Shown piece after piece: positions 16,289-25,676 of a DNA stretch of 32,000 bases. The stretch lies in NCBI RefSeq assembly GCF_000011325.1, contig NC_003450.3, positions 540,001 to 572,000 on the forward strand, written 5' to 3'. The position numbers were made by a program, and so were the translations under genes. Positions within the stretch are counted from its first letter, which is position 1; each line of letters starts with the position of its first letter. The DNA comes from Corynebacterium glutamicum ATCC 13032. GTDB lineage: Bacteria > Actinomycetota > Actinomycetes > Mycobacteriales > Mycobacteriaceae. Below the pieces are notes generated by a model, which saw nothing but the letters and a program-made list of their open reading frames with translations, made no database searches and was not told the origin of the DNA.

Positions 16289-16693
16289 ATGAGCAACACT
16301 GAAAACAAGCAGAAGCGCGTTTCCGTTGGCAAGGACATCGCGACTCGTCGTCGCGTTGCCCGTGCACGCCGCCACTTCCGCATCCGCAAGAACCTGCGTG
16401 GCACCCCAGAGGCTCCACGTTTGGTTGTCCACCGCTCTTCTCGCCACATGCACGTTCAGATCATCGATGACGTTGCAGGCCACACCCTGGCTGCAGCTTC
16501 TTCCATCGAGGCTGAGGTTCGCGCAACTGAGGGCGACAAGAAGGCTAAGGGCGCAAAGGTCGGTCAGCTGATCGCCGAGCGCGCTAAGGCTGCTGGTATC
16601 GAGCAGGTCGTCTTCGACCGCGCTGGTTACAAGTACCACGGCCGCGTTGCAGCTCTCGCTGACGCCGCTCGTGAAGGTGGTCTGAAATTCTAA
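16289..16693 (+). CDS. rplR: 50S ribosomal protein L18
   Basis: 134-aa ORF with [35 protein letters not shown] and C-terminal [19 protein letters not shown]. Confidence 0.97.
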   Translation: MSNTENKQKRVSVGKDIATRRRVARARRHFRIRKNLRGTPEAPRLVVHRSSRHMHVQIIDDVAGHTLAAASSIEAEVRATEGDKKAKGAKVGQLIAERAKAAGIEQVVFDRAGYKYHGRVAALADAAREGGLKF

Positions 16694-16733
16694 TGATGAC
16701 CATTTCTAAGAACATCAACGGAAGGATTGCGTA

Positions 16734-17369
16734 ATGCCGGGACGTGAACGGCGTGACGGCGGACGCTCCGCCGACGACAACAAGCAAAACGATCGCAACG
16801 AGCGTCGTGGCGGAGGCCGCCGCGATGACCGTCGCAATCAGCAGCAGGACGAGCGCTCACAGTACATCGAGCGTGTAGTCACCATCAACCGTGTGTCCAA
16901 GGTCGTCAAGGGTGGTCGTCGCTTCAGCTTCACCGCACTTGTCATCGTTGGCGACGGCAAGGGAATGGTCGGTGTCGGTTACGGCAAGGCCAAGGAAGTT
17001 CCTGCCGCAATCCAGAAGGGTGCAGAAGAGGCTCGTAAGAACTTCTTCCGCGTCCCAATGGTCAACGGCACCATCACCCACCCAGTTCAGGGCGAAAAGG
17101 CAGCCGGCATCGTTATGCTGAAGCCAGCTGCTCCAGGTACCGGTGTTATCGCCGGTGGCGCAGCACGTCCAGTTCTTGAGTGCGCAGGTATCCAAGACAT
17201 CCTGTCCAAGTCCCTTGGTTCTGACAACGCTATCAACGTCGTCCACGCAACTGTGGATGGCCTGAAGCAGCTGGTCCGCCCTGAAGAGGTTGCAGCCCGC
17301 CGTGGCAAGACCATCGAAGAGGTCGCACCAGCACGTATTCTGCGTGCACGCGCAGGTCAGGAGGCGTAA
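16734..17369 (+). CDS. rpsE: 30S ribosomal protein S5 (with Arg/Asp-rich N-terminal extension)
   Basis: 211-aa ORF with the S5 core [42 protein letters not shown]. Confidence 0.97.
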
Positions 17370-17372
17370 GAA

Positions 17373-17558
17373 ATGGCGCTGAAGATTACTCAGATCAAAG
17401 GCACTGTGGGCACCAAGCCCAAGCATCGCGAAAATCTTCGTTCCCTCGGTCTGAAGCGAATCCGCCACACCGTGATCCGCCCCGATACCCCAGAGGTACG
17501 TGGCATGATCCTGGCAGTTCGCCACCTGATCGTCGTCGAAGAAGTGGCGGGGGAGTAG
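17373..17558 (+). CDS. rpmD: 50S ribosomal protein L30
   Basis: 61-aa [33 protein letters not shown]... Confidence 0.95.
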   Translation: MALKITQIKGTVGTKPKHRENLRSLGLKRIRHTVIRPDTPEVRGMILAVRHLIVVEEVAGE

Positions 17559-17564
17559 GTAACA

Positions 17565-18011
17565 ATGAGCGAACCAATTAAGCTCCACGATTTGCGCCCA
17601 GCAGCGGGCTCAAACAAAGCTAAGACCCGCGTTGGTCGAGGCGAAGCATCCAAGGGTAAGACTGCAGGTCGCGGTACCAAGGGTACCAAGGCACGCAAGC
17701 AGGTTTCTGCAGCATTCGAAGGTGGCCAGATGCCACTGCAGATGCGTCTTCCTAAGCTGAAGGGCTTCAAGAACCCTAACAAGGTTGACTACCAGGTAGT
17801 TAACATTGCAGATCTCGCAGAGAAGTTCCCACAGGGCGGCGACGTCAGCATTGCTGACATCGTTGCAGCAGGACTTGTCCGCAAGAACGAACTGGTTAAG
17901 GTTCTTGGCAACGGCGACATCAGCGTCAAGCTGAACGTCACCGCTAACAAGTTCTCCGGCTCTGCCAAGGAAAAGATCGAAGCCGCTGGCGGCTCCGCAA
18001 CCGTGGCATAA
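17565..18011 (+). CDS. rplO: 50S ribosomal protein L15
   Basis: 148-aa ORF with [34 protein letters not shown], canonical L15. Confidence 0.97.
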   Translation: MSEPIKLHDLRPAAGSNKAKTRVGRGEASKGKTAGRGTKGTKARKQVSAAFEGGQMPLQMRLPKLKGFKNPNKVDYQVVNIADLAEKFPQGGDVSIADIVAAGLVRKNELVKVLGNGDISVKLNVTANKFSGSAKEKIEAAGGSATVA

Positions 18012-18026
18012 GTTCACCAGAACTTT

Positions 18027-18066
18027 AAAAATGACCTCCAAGGGAAACCTTGGGGGTCATTTTTAG
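18027..18066 (+). terminator. Rho-independent terminator after rplO
   Basis: 13-bp stem with one G-U pair (18031-18043 atgacctccaagg against 18048-18060 ccttgggggtcat), GAAA loop, then TTTT. An A tract lies upstream. Confidence 0.8.
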
Positions 18067-18146
18067 GTTTTTTGGGAGGACCTGGGGTTCTCGGAGGGGG
18101 ATTGCGCAGGGGGCCTACTGATTGGGTTTGATTTGAGTGCATGGAA

Positions 18147-18179
18147 AATGCCACTCTGTGGGGTAACAAGAGTGGCATT
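18147..18179 (-). terminator. Candidate terminator hairpin downstream of the dehydrogenase remnant
   Basis: 11-bp perfect stem (18147-18157 aatgccactct against 18169-18179 agagtggcatt). Only a short T run follows on the minus strand. Confidence 0.4.
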
Positions 18180-18193
18180 GCAAAGAGACTTAC

Positions 18194-18517
18194 TTAGTGG
18201 GTGGGGAAGCCAAGCTCAATCTGTGATTCATTTGGAAGAGGCCAGCGAGTGGTAACCACCTTGCTTCGGGTATAGAAGTTGAAAGACTCAGATCCATACA
18301 TGTGTGTGTCTCCGAATAGTGAGTCTTTCCAACCTCCAAATGAGAAAGCGCCAATTGGGACTGGGATTGGCACGTTAATGCCAACCATTCCGACTTCGAT
18401 GTCCATCTGAAATTCTCGAGCTGTACGGCCATCAACAACTATTGAAGCGCCTTCTTTCAAGGCTGAATCGAGAATTCTGTCCGCACGTCCCTGTGCCTGA
18501 GAATTGGAACTTTCCAA
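18194..18517 (-). pseudogene. Remnant of a methylmalonate-semialdehyde dehydrogenase (MmsA/IolA-type ALDH)
   Basis: The 107-aa ORF retains the very conserved MMSDH C-terminus [53 protein letters not shown]. It lacks the whole NAD-binding and catalytic-Cys portion. It appears to jump from ...IVVDGR to [11 protein letters not shown], which suggests an internal in-frame deletion. Confidence 0.7.
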
Positions 18518-18603
18518 CCTGGCCTTTTGAAGGGGCTCTATTGGCGAATATCTTGTTCTTGGCTTGTAGAGATTCCGGTGAGGTTTGATTTTGGCGAAAA
18601 GGG

Positions 18604-18969
18604 TTAACTAGTAGCTTGACGGCGCCTGGGCCACATTCGGCTAATAAGTAGGGAAGATTCGGCGATGACTGCTCCTGAAGCCACAAGGAGGACGGCGACA
18701 TCGAGAATTCCCTCGGGAACGGTGATCCAGAGATAGATGCAAATTCCCACAATGATCAGGCCAACAAGTCCTACGGTCAGAAGAACCCATTGGGGAGATT
18801 TTTGAGTGAGTGCTGCGGTAATGATGGCCGAAGCGAAGGAAAGTGCAAGGATAAAGCCAATTACCACTATGTCTGGAATAGAACCAATCTTGAACCACAA
18901 ACAAAGCGCGACAAGAACTACTGCGTAAAAAGCAAGAATCGATTTACCGGGTACCGGGGGATGTTGCAC
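18604..18969 (-). CDS. Small hypothetical membrane protein (about 4 TM segments)
   Basis: 121-aa ORF with four clear hydrophobic stretches ([78 protein letters not shown]). No family recognised. Confidence 0.55.
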   Translation of the reverse strand: MQHPPVPGKSILAFYAVVLVALCLWFKIGSIPDIVVIGFILALSFASAIITAALTQKSPQWVLLTVGLVGLIIVGICIYLWITVPEGILDVAVLLVASGAVIAESSLLISRMWPRRRQATS

Positions 18970-19081
18970 TGCGCGGACTCCTGTTGGGCATCAAATGTTC
19001 TAAATGGGAATAGCTTTTAATAAGCAAACCATACTGAGCATGGATGATCATTAGTTTGATGCGATACAAATGGGCTTCCCT

Positions 19082-19121
19082 AAAACTAAACACCCGCCAC
19101 AATGAAACGCGGCGGGTGTTT
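19082..19121 (-). terminator. Terminator at the end of the cre-type operon
   Basis: 11-bp perfect stem (19088-19098 aaacacccgcc against 19111-19121 ggcgggtgttt), located 20 nt past the ALDH stop. agtttta follows on the minus strand. Confidence 0.65.
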
Positions 19122-19140
19122 AGCTGAGAACTTTCAGTAA

Positions 19141-20634
19141 CTAAATGGTTCGGTGAATACTCTTGTATGTCAGGTAAGCACTGAGGCCTTCGATGCCGTA
19201 TTCCACTCCCATACCGGATTCGTGGCGTCCTCCAAATGGGGCGGAATGGTTGGAACCGAAGAAGTTGATGCCTACGGAACCAGAATCCACTTGACGGGCG
19301 ACTTCTAGTGCTTGTTCCTCATCCGCACCAAATACCAAGCCACCGAGACCGAATTTCGTGTTGTTGGCTAGTGCGATTGCTTCGGAAACACCGTTTGTAT
19401 CGTCGTACTTTAGGATGGAAATAACAGGGCCGAAGATTTCTTCGCGTGATATCCGCATGTCGGGGGTGACATCGGCAAACACGGTTGGTTGGATAAACTC
19501 GCCTGATTCTAAACCTTCAGAAAGGCTGATTGACCGGGTTCCACCTGCAACCACTCGTGCACCTTCCTCTCGTGCGGAGTCAATGTAAGACATGACGGTT
19601 GAGTACTGAGAGGCGCTGGCAACTGGCCCAAAAACCGTTTCTTCATCATAGGGGTCACCTTGTCTACCTGCAGCGATAGTGCTTGCCACTGTTTGTACGA
19701 CTTCCGCATAGCGTGAGCTAGGGGCAATAATCCGGGTACTGATGTAGCAGGTTTGTCCAGTGTTGCGCATACAGGATCGAATCAACCGCGTCGAGAGTAC
19801 TGACATGTCTGCATCAGGAAGGATAATCGCGGAAGATTTTCCGCCTAGCTCTAAAGTCACTGGTCGGAGTAGTTCTCCGCAGGCGGCAGCGATCTTCTTT
19901 CCAACAGGCGTTGATCCGGTAAACGCTACCTTGTCTACTCCGGGGTGGCGGACAAGGGCATCACCGAAACGCCCTGAACCGGTGAGTAGGTTGACTACGC
20001 CTGCTGGCACTCCGGCGGCTTCGATGGCTTCGATGATGAAACGGATCGACAGTGGGGTGGGGGAGGCTGGTTTGATGATGACGGTACAGCCGGCAAGAAG
20101 TGCTGGTGCCAGTTTGATGACTACAAGGTTGATCGGGAAATTCCATGGGGCGATGAGTGCGCAGACACCGATGGGATCTTTATCCACGATGGATTCGGCG
20201 CTACCGGCAGGAAATGGGCGGATGTCTTCGCCGTCTAACCAAGGCGCGAGAGTGGCAAAGTAACGGAAAATTCCTGCTGCATTGGACGCAGCTCCACGGG
20301 TCTCGGAAATGGGGGAACCATTTTCGCGGGTATTAGTAAGTGCTAGAGCTTCAGAACGGGATTCAATTTCCGTCGCGATTTTCAGGAGGTAGCCTGTTCG
20401 TTCCGCACCTGTAAGTGCACTCCACGACTTTAGCGCTGTACGTGCAGCTCCCACCGCAGAGTCCAATTCAGATGCGGTTGCTTCTGGAACAGATCCCCAT
20501 TCTTGACCGACCGCAGGATCAACTACGGGGTTGCGTTGTGTTCCTTCTGCTTTAACCCAGGAACCGTTGATGTAGAAATCATCGACATGGGTATAGGGGA
20601 GTTGCAGAGAAGCACGCCTGGTTGCAGCATTCAT
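19141..20634 (-). CDS. creC: NAD(P)-dependent aldehyde dehydrogenase
   Basis: ALDH motifs VTLELGGKS and NTGQTCYISTR (catalytic Cys). Start set at ATG 20634 (MNAATRR...), which forms an ATGA overlap with the upstream HD-gene stop. The ORF-track extension to 20775 overlaps that gene. The symbol is assigned by recalled correspondence to the C. glutamicum cre cluster. Confidence 0.88.
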   Translation of the reverse strand: MNAATRRASLQLPYTHVDDFYINGSWVKAEGTQRNPVVDPAVGQEWGSVPEATASELDSAVGAARTALKSWSALTGAERTGYLLKIATEIESRSEALALTNTRENGSPISETRGAASNAAGIFRYFATLAPWLDGEDIRPFPAGSAESIVDKDPIGVCALIAPWNFPINLVVIKLAPALLAGCTVIIKPASPTPLSIRFIIEAIEAAGVPAGVVNLLTGSGRFGDALVRHPGVDKVAFTGSTPVGKKIAAACGELLRPVTLELGGKSSAIILPDADMSVLSTRLIRSCMRNTGQTCYISTRIIAPSSRYAEVVQTVASTIAAGRQGDPYDEETVFGPVASASQYSTVMSYIDSAREEGARVVAGGTRSISLSEGLESGEFIQPTVFADVTPDMRISREEIFGPVISILKYDDTNGVSEAIALANNTKFGLGGLVFGADEEQALEVARQVDSGSVGINFFGSNHSAPFGGRHESGMGVEYGIEGLSAYLTYKSIHRTI

Positions 20635-21368
20635 CGGATCGCATCCGTTCTTAACAGGGCCTTTGCACGATTGAGGTCTGCAGTAGCCATCTGGTGTGCA
20701 GCTTCGGTGATTAATTCTGGGAGGATTTCCCTGTGCAGGCGGTCGACATAATCTGAGACTGGCATCCCGAACCATGAGCTAGAAGCCGTGATCCCGGCGC
20801 GGTCGAAACGCCAGAGTCGGTCGCAATCGCGAACAAGAGCGTCTTCTAGTGAGTAGGCCACTTGGCGGGTGTCGTGTCCGTCGATGATGTCGCAGACATG
20901 CTCGACAAAATCGACAGTATATCCGAGGGATGGAAGCACTCGGCGGGCCACAGTGCAGCCTTCTGTTTCGTGTTCGAAGCGGATTGCTGCTTTGCGCCAG
21001 TTTCCGGAGAATCCTTCGGAGATGATTCGGCTCTCATCGACATGTGCCCAGCCCGTGTCGTGGAGGATTGCGGCTACGAGAACCAATTCTCTATCTGCCA
21101 GTGGGTAAGCGTCGCAGAGACGTTCAGCGTACGCCACGACGATGGGAAGATGAATGTCGTTGGCGCGGGTGCGGGTTTCCGGCTCAATGGCTTTCCATAA
21201 TTGCTCAAATCCATTTGAAGGTGTTGCACAGATAGCGGTGGTATCAATTGGACCTACGGCCGGGATGGGACGAATCCCAAAATCCTCCGCAAAAGTGATG
21301 GCGCGGGGATCAGAGGCGTGGACGCTGGGGTCTGCTTGCTCCCAAGCGGGTAAATTACTGCGAGTCAT
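20631..21368 (-). CDS. creD: HD-domain phosphohydrolase
   Basis: 245-aa ORF with the HD signature LVAAILHDTGWAHVD and a downstream His/Asp. ATGA overlaps at both ends (21365-21368 and 20631-20634). Confidence 0.85.
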   Translation of the reverse strand: MTRSNLPAWEQADPSVHASDPRAITFAEDFGIRPIPAVGPIDTTAICATPSNGFEQLWKAIEPETRTRANDIHLPIVVAYAERLCDAYPLADRELVLVAAILHDTGWAHVDESRIISEGFSGNWRKAAIRFEHETEGCTVARRVLPSLGYTVDFVEHVCDIIDGHDTRQVAYSLEDALVRDCDRLWRFDRAGITASSSWFGMPVSDYVDRLHREILPELITEAAHQMATADLNRAKALLRTDAIR

Positions 21369-22633
21369 CGGGTAACCTCCAGGTCAACGGCTAGTTTTTT
21401 CAGCGGCTGCGAAATATCTGCAGCAAGGTCGGCGGGGATATTTTGGTTCCTGGAAAGTGCACTGCGCACAGCCATGAAATCCAGTGGAGCGTTGACGCAA
21501 TCGGCGGCGATGATGTTGTCGCCACGGTAATAAAGGACAGAGAACTTCTTTTTCTCGGGATCCTGTCGGATTACTGTGCTGTCATAACCAAGGGTAAGTC
21601 CTGCAATTTGTAGTTTGAGATCGCCTTGGTTGGACCAGAACCAGGGGATTCCGGCGTAGGCTTCGGGCTGGCCGACGAGTGAGTATGCAGCGATCTTTGC
21701 GTGCTCGATGGCGTTATTGACGCTTTCTAGTCGGATGCGTTCATCAGCGGGGGAACCAGGGATTGGATTGGGAATGTTGGCGACATCGCCAATCGCAATG
21801 GTGGTGCCATCTGACGCGACGGCATGTTTATCCACCACGATGCCGTTGTTGATGTCTAAGCCCAGAACAGCGGCAAGTTCTGTGTTCGGAATGACACCGA
21901 TGCCCACAATGACTAGTTGGGCAGGAATTACTGTGCCATCTTCTAGCTCAATGCCGCTGAGCTTTCCATCCTTGCCCACAAACTGTTTCATGCGGGCATC
22001 AAGCACGATATTTACGCCACGGGAACGGTGTTGTTCGAGGAAGAATGCTGCGGTTTCTTCACCCACCGCTCGGCCAATCAGACGCGGACCATATTCCAGG
22101 ACGGTGACATTTTTGCCGAGGTCATGAAGCGAACACGCAGCTTCCAATCCGATGAACCCACCACCGACTACAACGGCATCGGTGACAGAACCAATCATCG
22201 CTTTGAGCGCCAAGGCGTCGTCCGCGTTGCGCAGGTAGGTGACACCCTCCAAGGTGGCGCCCGGGAGGTCGAGGTGGCGAGGGCGGGCACCAACCGCTAG
22301 AGCGAGACGTCGAAAAGCGAATTCTTGTCCGGCGCCGTAGGCGACCCCTGATCCGTCGTCGTTCTTTTCAATGCGTTCGATGCGCACGCCCTTGACCAGG
22401 CGAATATTATTTTCTTCCCAATACTCATTGGAACGGAAAATCAGACGCTCTTTGTCGATCTTGTCCTGGAGGAACTCCTTGGACAAGGCGGGACGCTGGT
22501 AGGGGCGGTGATCCTCCTCGCCTAGAAGCGTGATCGATTCGGTGAAACCCGTGGCCCGCAGGGAAATCGCCAGCTGCACACCCGATTGGTTTGCACCGAT
22601 GATCAAGATTCCAGTTTCAGCTGAAGTATTCAT
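21365..22633 (-). CDS. creE: FAD-dependent ferredoxin-NAD(P)+ reductase (putidaredoxin-reductase-like)
   Basis: 422-aa ORF with two dinucleotide-binding folds (ILIIGANQSG and VVVGGGFIGLE) and a reductase C-terminal domain. It is adjacent to a 2Fe-2S ferredoxin and a P450. Confidence 0.9.
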   Translation of the reverse strand: MNTSAETGILIIGANQSGVQLAISLRATGFTESITLLGEEDHRPYQRPALSKEFLQDKIDKERLIFRSNEYWEENNIRLVKGVRIERIEKNDDGSGVAYGAGQEFAFRRLALAVGARPRHLDLPGATLEGVTYLRNADDALALKAMIGSVTDAVVVGGGFIGLEAACSLHDLGKNVTVLEYGPRLIGRAVGEETAAFFLEQHRSRGVNIVLDARMKQFVGKDGKLSGIELEDGTVIPAQLVIVGIGVIPNTELAAVLGLDINNGIVVDKHAVASDGTTIAIGDVANIPNPIPGSPADERIRLESVNNAIEHAKIAAYSLVGQPEAYAGIPWFWSNQGDLKLQIAGLTLGYDSTVIRQDPEKKKFSVLYYRGDNIIAADCVNAPLDFMAVRSALSRNQNIPADLAADISQPLKKLAVDLEVTR

Positions 22634-22642
22634 GATTCAACC

Positions 22643-22963
22643 TCACACTTGCGTTTCTGGCGTGGTCAACGAAAGATCCATGCCTTCGGTGACCTTGATT
22701 TGGCAAGACAAACGGGAGCAATCCTCACGGTCCACGGCAGCACCCCACAGCATTTCATCTTCCATCTCCTCCATTGGGGGAAGCGCATCATACTGTGCAG
22801 GGTCAACAAACACATGGCAGGTTGCACACGATAAGGAACCGCCGCATTCAGCAACAATTCCAGGCACTCCGTTTCGGACTGCGGTCTCCATTACTGAATC
22901 ACCAACAGTCGCCTCGATGGTGCGGGTTTTGCCAGCATGATCAATGAAATGAATAGTAGACAT
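22643..22963 (-). CDS. creF: [2Fe-2S] ferredoxin, adrenodoxin/putidaredoxin type
   Basis: 106-aa ORF with Cys ligand pattern C-x5-C-x2-C...C (ECGGSLSCATCHV ... SRLSCQI). AAGGAGAAG SD upstream. Confidence 0.92.
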   Translation of the reverse strand: MSTIHFIDHAGKTRTIEATVGDSVMETAVRNGVPGIVAECGGSLSCATCHVFVDPAQYDALPPMEEMEDEMLWGAAVDREDCSRLSCQIKVTEGMDLSLTTPETQV

Positions 22964-22989
22964 GATCTTCTCCTTAGAACTTTTAGTAC

Positions 22990-23736
22990 TTAGATGAACT
23001 GTCGGCCACCATCAACGATGAGTGTTTGCCCAGTGATGTATTCGGCTTCTGGGGATGCAAGAAACATGGTGGTGCCGACGATGTCTTTCGGTTGGCTTGC
23101 GCGCTTGATGGATCCGCGATCGACACCGTACGTTTCCGCGCTATCCATGAGTCCCAAGCTGGCTTCAGTCAGCGTAAACCCAGGCGCAACCGCATTGACC
23201 GTGATCCCACGACCACCCAGCTCTTTAGCAAGCACCCTGGTTAAAGCAATGACCCCACCTTTGGATGCCACGTAGTGCGCCCAGTGTGCAGATCCTGAAA
23301 ACACAGTCGCGCTGGAAAGATTGACCACACGGGCATTATCGGACAAAAACGGACTCACAGAACGCGTCACCAACCACGGGCCTTTGAGATTGACTCCCAT
23401 GACCAAATCCCACTCCGCAGGGTCAATATCCTCAAACGGTGAACGAGTCACTGTCGCATATATCGCTGCGTTATTAATAAGGACATCAATTCGGCCACCG
23501 CCAAACTCAGCGGCACCGGCGGCTAGGGCCTCGGTGGACTCCAAAGACGTGACATCAACTTCAAAGGCTGCGGCATCTGCGCCCAATGCTTTCAGCTTGT
23601 CAACGGTCTCTTGCGCCCCATCCAGATTGATATCCGCCACCGCGATACGGTCTCCTTGGGCTGCGAAACCTTCAGCGAATGCCCGACCCAAACCGCCAGC
23701 GGCACCAGTGATAAGAACAGTGCGTGGACTAGGCAT
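22990..23736 (-). CDS. creG: Short-chain dehydrogenase/reductase (alcohol dehydrogenase role)
   Basis: SDR motifs TGAAGGLGRA, NNAA and YVASKGG. Start taken at ATG 23736 (MPSPRTVLITG), overlapping the upstream gene end by 8 nt. ATG 23751 is an alternative start. Confidence 0.9.
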   Translation of the reverse strand: MPSPRTVLITGAAGGLGRAFAEGFAAQGDRIAVADINLDGAQETVDKLKALGADAAAFEVDVTSLESTEALAAGAAEFGGGRIDVLINNAAIYATVTRSPFEDIDPAEWDLVMGVNLKGPWLVTRSVSPFLSDNARVVNLSSATVFSGSAHWAHYVASKGGVIALTRVLAKELGGRGITVNAVAPGFTLTEASLGLMDSAETYGVDRGSIKRASQPKDIVGTTMFLASPEAEYITGQTLIVDGGRQFI

Positions 23737-25636
23737 GTGTATCCACCCCATGTGCTGCTACTGAGTGCGCATGGCTGTGCGCGCCGGGTCCTTCGATGCG
23801 TGGCGCATCTGGATCAACAATGACAACCTTGCCCTTGGTTCCATCGACCTTGAGGTAATCGCCGGTTTTGATGGTGGTGGATGCAGCGCCAGTTCCAGTA
23901 ACAGCCGGCAAGCCGTATTCGCGGCACACGATCGCAGCATGGCTCATCATGCCACCAATATCAGTGACTGTTGCCTTGATTTTGCCAAAGATTGGGCCCC
24001 AAGAAGGTGCTGTTACAGGGGCAACGAGGATTTCATCCTGCTGGATTTCTGAAAGGTCATCTGCGCTGAGAATTACTCGAGCGTAGCCTTCCACCACACC
24101 AGGGGATGCAGCCATGCCTTTAAGGGTTCCTTCTTCGGCATCCTCGTCATTGCCCAACCATGATTGCACCTGTTCGGTGGTGATTCCCCAGAGCATGCGG
24201 GTGAAAGGTTCGGTGATGGACTCTGGAGGAGTGTTAAGAGCTGGCGCTGGTCGGGCAGTTTTCAAAGCGGTGACAATTGCTTTTCTTCGCTCAATTTCTT
24301 CCGGCCAAATGATCGTGCCAATTGGACCACCGGGTGCGCCGACACCCCACGCAGTAGCCAGGTCGAAGAGGACATCGCGGACTTCAGTGCGGTTGAGGTA
24401 CAACATGTCATCCTCGTTCTCCCAGAAACCGTAGCCCTGGAGAGTGCGGGAAAGTTCGCGTACTTTGCGCCAAAATACTGACATGGTCCAGTGCTCGATG
24501 TAGAAGTTATGGTTTTCCACATAGGGGTATGCAGTAGCAGCGAGGCCGCATTTAGCATCAAACTGCGCGAGTTGTTCTCCATCCAAAAGGTCGCGGTATT
24601 CTTCCACCACGCGTTCCTTTTCTGCGATGAGTTCATCTTTCGGGCGGGAGATGGTTTGGCCTTCATCTAGGCGGCGGATGTAATCCGCGATGTACCCCAG
24701 TGGAAGTTCCAGGTGCTCGATCCAGTATTTATCGTGACCGTAGAAGCCATTACCGACGGTGAAGTTGAACCACGGATCTTGTGCTTCTTCCCAGCGCGCT
24801 ATCCATGTCGCGCCGCCTTCTGCCTTTGCGATAGCAGCCAAGGTAGCTTGCGGATCATCCGGGTTGGCAAAGTGAGTTTGCAGGCCAAGGTCGACCGCTA
24901 GCTGTGCCAGAATCTTTAGTTCATCATCGGGGCGGAACAGCTCCATATCCACGCCCTGAACCATCATCGAAATTGATTGATCAGGGATATCTGGGAAGAC
25001 TTCCTTGCAGAAATTGAAGAAATCTAGGTAAGCGATGTAACCCAAGTTGAGGAACTCAAAGTGGTATTGCCAGTTTTGGTAGGCGAGCTGAATGAGCCGA
25101 TCGAAGTTTTCCATGAGTACTTCGGTGCCGTCTTTGGCTTTTCCGGAGACAATATCATCGATAGGCACGTAGTCAGGCAGTGGCTTGAATTCTAGAGATT
25201 CCAGCTCATTGATGGTTCCTAATACTCGCTCCTTCCAATTTGCCAGCATTGGCTCCCAGTTTTGGAAGTAGTGCGTGATGCGTTCCTGGAACATGGGGAC
25301 GCGTTCCGCAATCTGATCTTCAGGCACTGGAATAGGGGACATATAGAGGTATCCCAGATGCACGCGGAACTCGATGCCATTGGCATTCGGGATCATCAAA
25401 TGCCGAGCGTTGTATTGGCCGAGGCACTTTACAGCGAATTCACCACCGATAGTTTCAAAAGGCTTGAACACAGTTGGCCAGTGCTGTGAATCGCAGAACC
25501 AGAATTTCTCATTCTCTTGATCCATGAGCTTGTCTTGGAAAACGAGGTAGTACGGGTACAGATCTTCCCAACCTTCAGCGCCCTTGGGCACTGGAAGATC
25601 GGAGGGCTTGGGGAAAGATTTATTAGCCATGGTCAA
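23729..25636 (-). CDS. creH: PEP-synthase-like subunit carrying the phosphohistidine swivel domain (large subunit of an aryl-phosphate synthase)
   Basis: 635-aa ORF. The C-terminal PEP-utilising mobile domain has DIGGMMSHAAIVCREYGLPAV. The N-terminal approx. 500 aa has no PEP/pyruvate TIM-barrel signature. Confidence 0.85.
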   Translation of the reverse strand: MTMANKSFPKPSDLPVPKGAEGWEDLYPYYLVFQDKLMDQENEKFWFCDSQHWPTVFKPFETIGGEFAVKCLGQYNARHLMIPNANGIEFRVHLGYLYMSPIPVPEDQIAERVPMFQERITHYFQNWEPMLANWKERVLGTINELESLEFKPLPDYVPIDDIVSGKAKDGTEVLMENFDRLIQLAYQNWQYHFEFLNLGYIAYLDFFNFCKEVFPDIPDQSISMMVQGVDMELFRPDDELKILAQLAVDLGLQTHFANPDDPQATLAAIAKAEGGATWIARWEEAQDPWFNFTVGNGFYGHDKYWIEHLELPLGYIADYIRRLDEGQTISRPKDELIAEKERVVEEYRDLLDGEQLAQFDAKCGLAATAYPYVENHNFYIEHWTMSVFWRKVRELSRTLQGYGFWENEDDMLYLNRTEVRDVLFDLATAWGVGAPGGPIGTIIWPEEIERRKAIVTALKTARPAPALNTPPESITEPFTRMLWGITTEQVQSWLGNDEDAEEGTLKGMAASPGVVEGYARVILSADDLSEIQQDEILVAPVTAPSWGPIFGKIKATVTDIGGMMSHAAIVCREYGLPAVTGTGAASTTIKTGDYLKVDGTKGKVVIVDPDAPRIEGPGAHSHAHSVAAHGVDTHA

Positions 25637-25676
25637 ACTCCTTTTAGATGCTTTTCGACGAAAAGATGCGGTGGTT

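Noticed and set aside
16734-16880. S5 has an Arg/Asp/Gln-rich low-complexity N-terminus ([40 protein letters not shown]).
   Set aside because: As I recall, such N-terminal extensions of S5 are common in Actinobacteria, so this is not a fusion or an anomaly.
16142-17588. Long minus-strand ORFs (165 aa at 16142-16639, 243 aa at 16857-17588, and others) lie antisense to rplR, rpsE and rpmD.
   Set aside because: They lie entirely inside unmistakable ribosomal protein genes, have no SD, and have low-complexity, Cys/Leu-rich translations. This is the usual antisense open-frame artefact of GC3-biased genes.
18432-18752. A 106-aa minus-strand ORF bridges the ALDH remnant and the small membrane protein.
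   Set aside because: It overlaps both neighbours out of frame and has no recognisable features, so it is probably non-coding.
20635-20775. The ORF track shows a 47-codon N-terminal extension of the aldehyde dehydrogenase ORF.
   Set aside because: The extension overlaps the 3' end of the HD-domain gene and is Arg/Cys/Pro-rich. The internal ATG 20634 gives a normal ALDH N-terminus and an ATGA coupling overlap.
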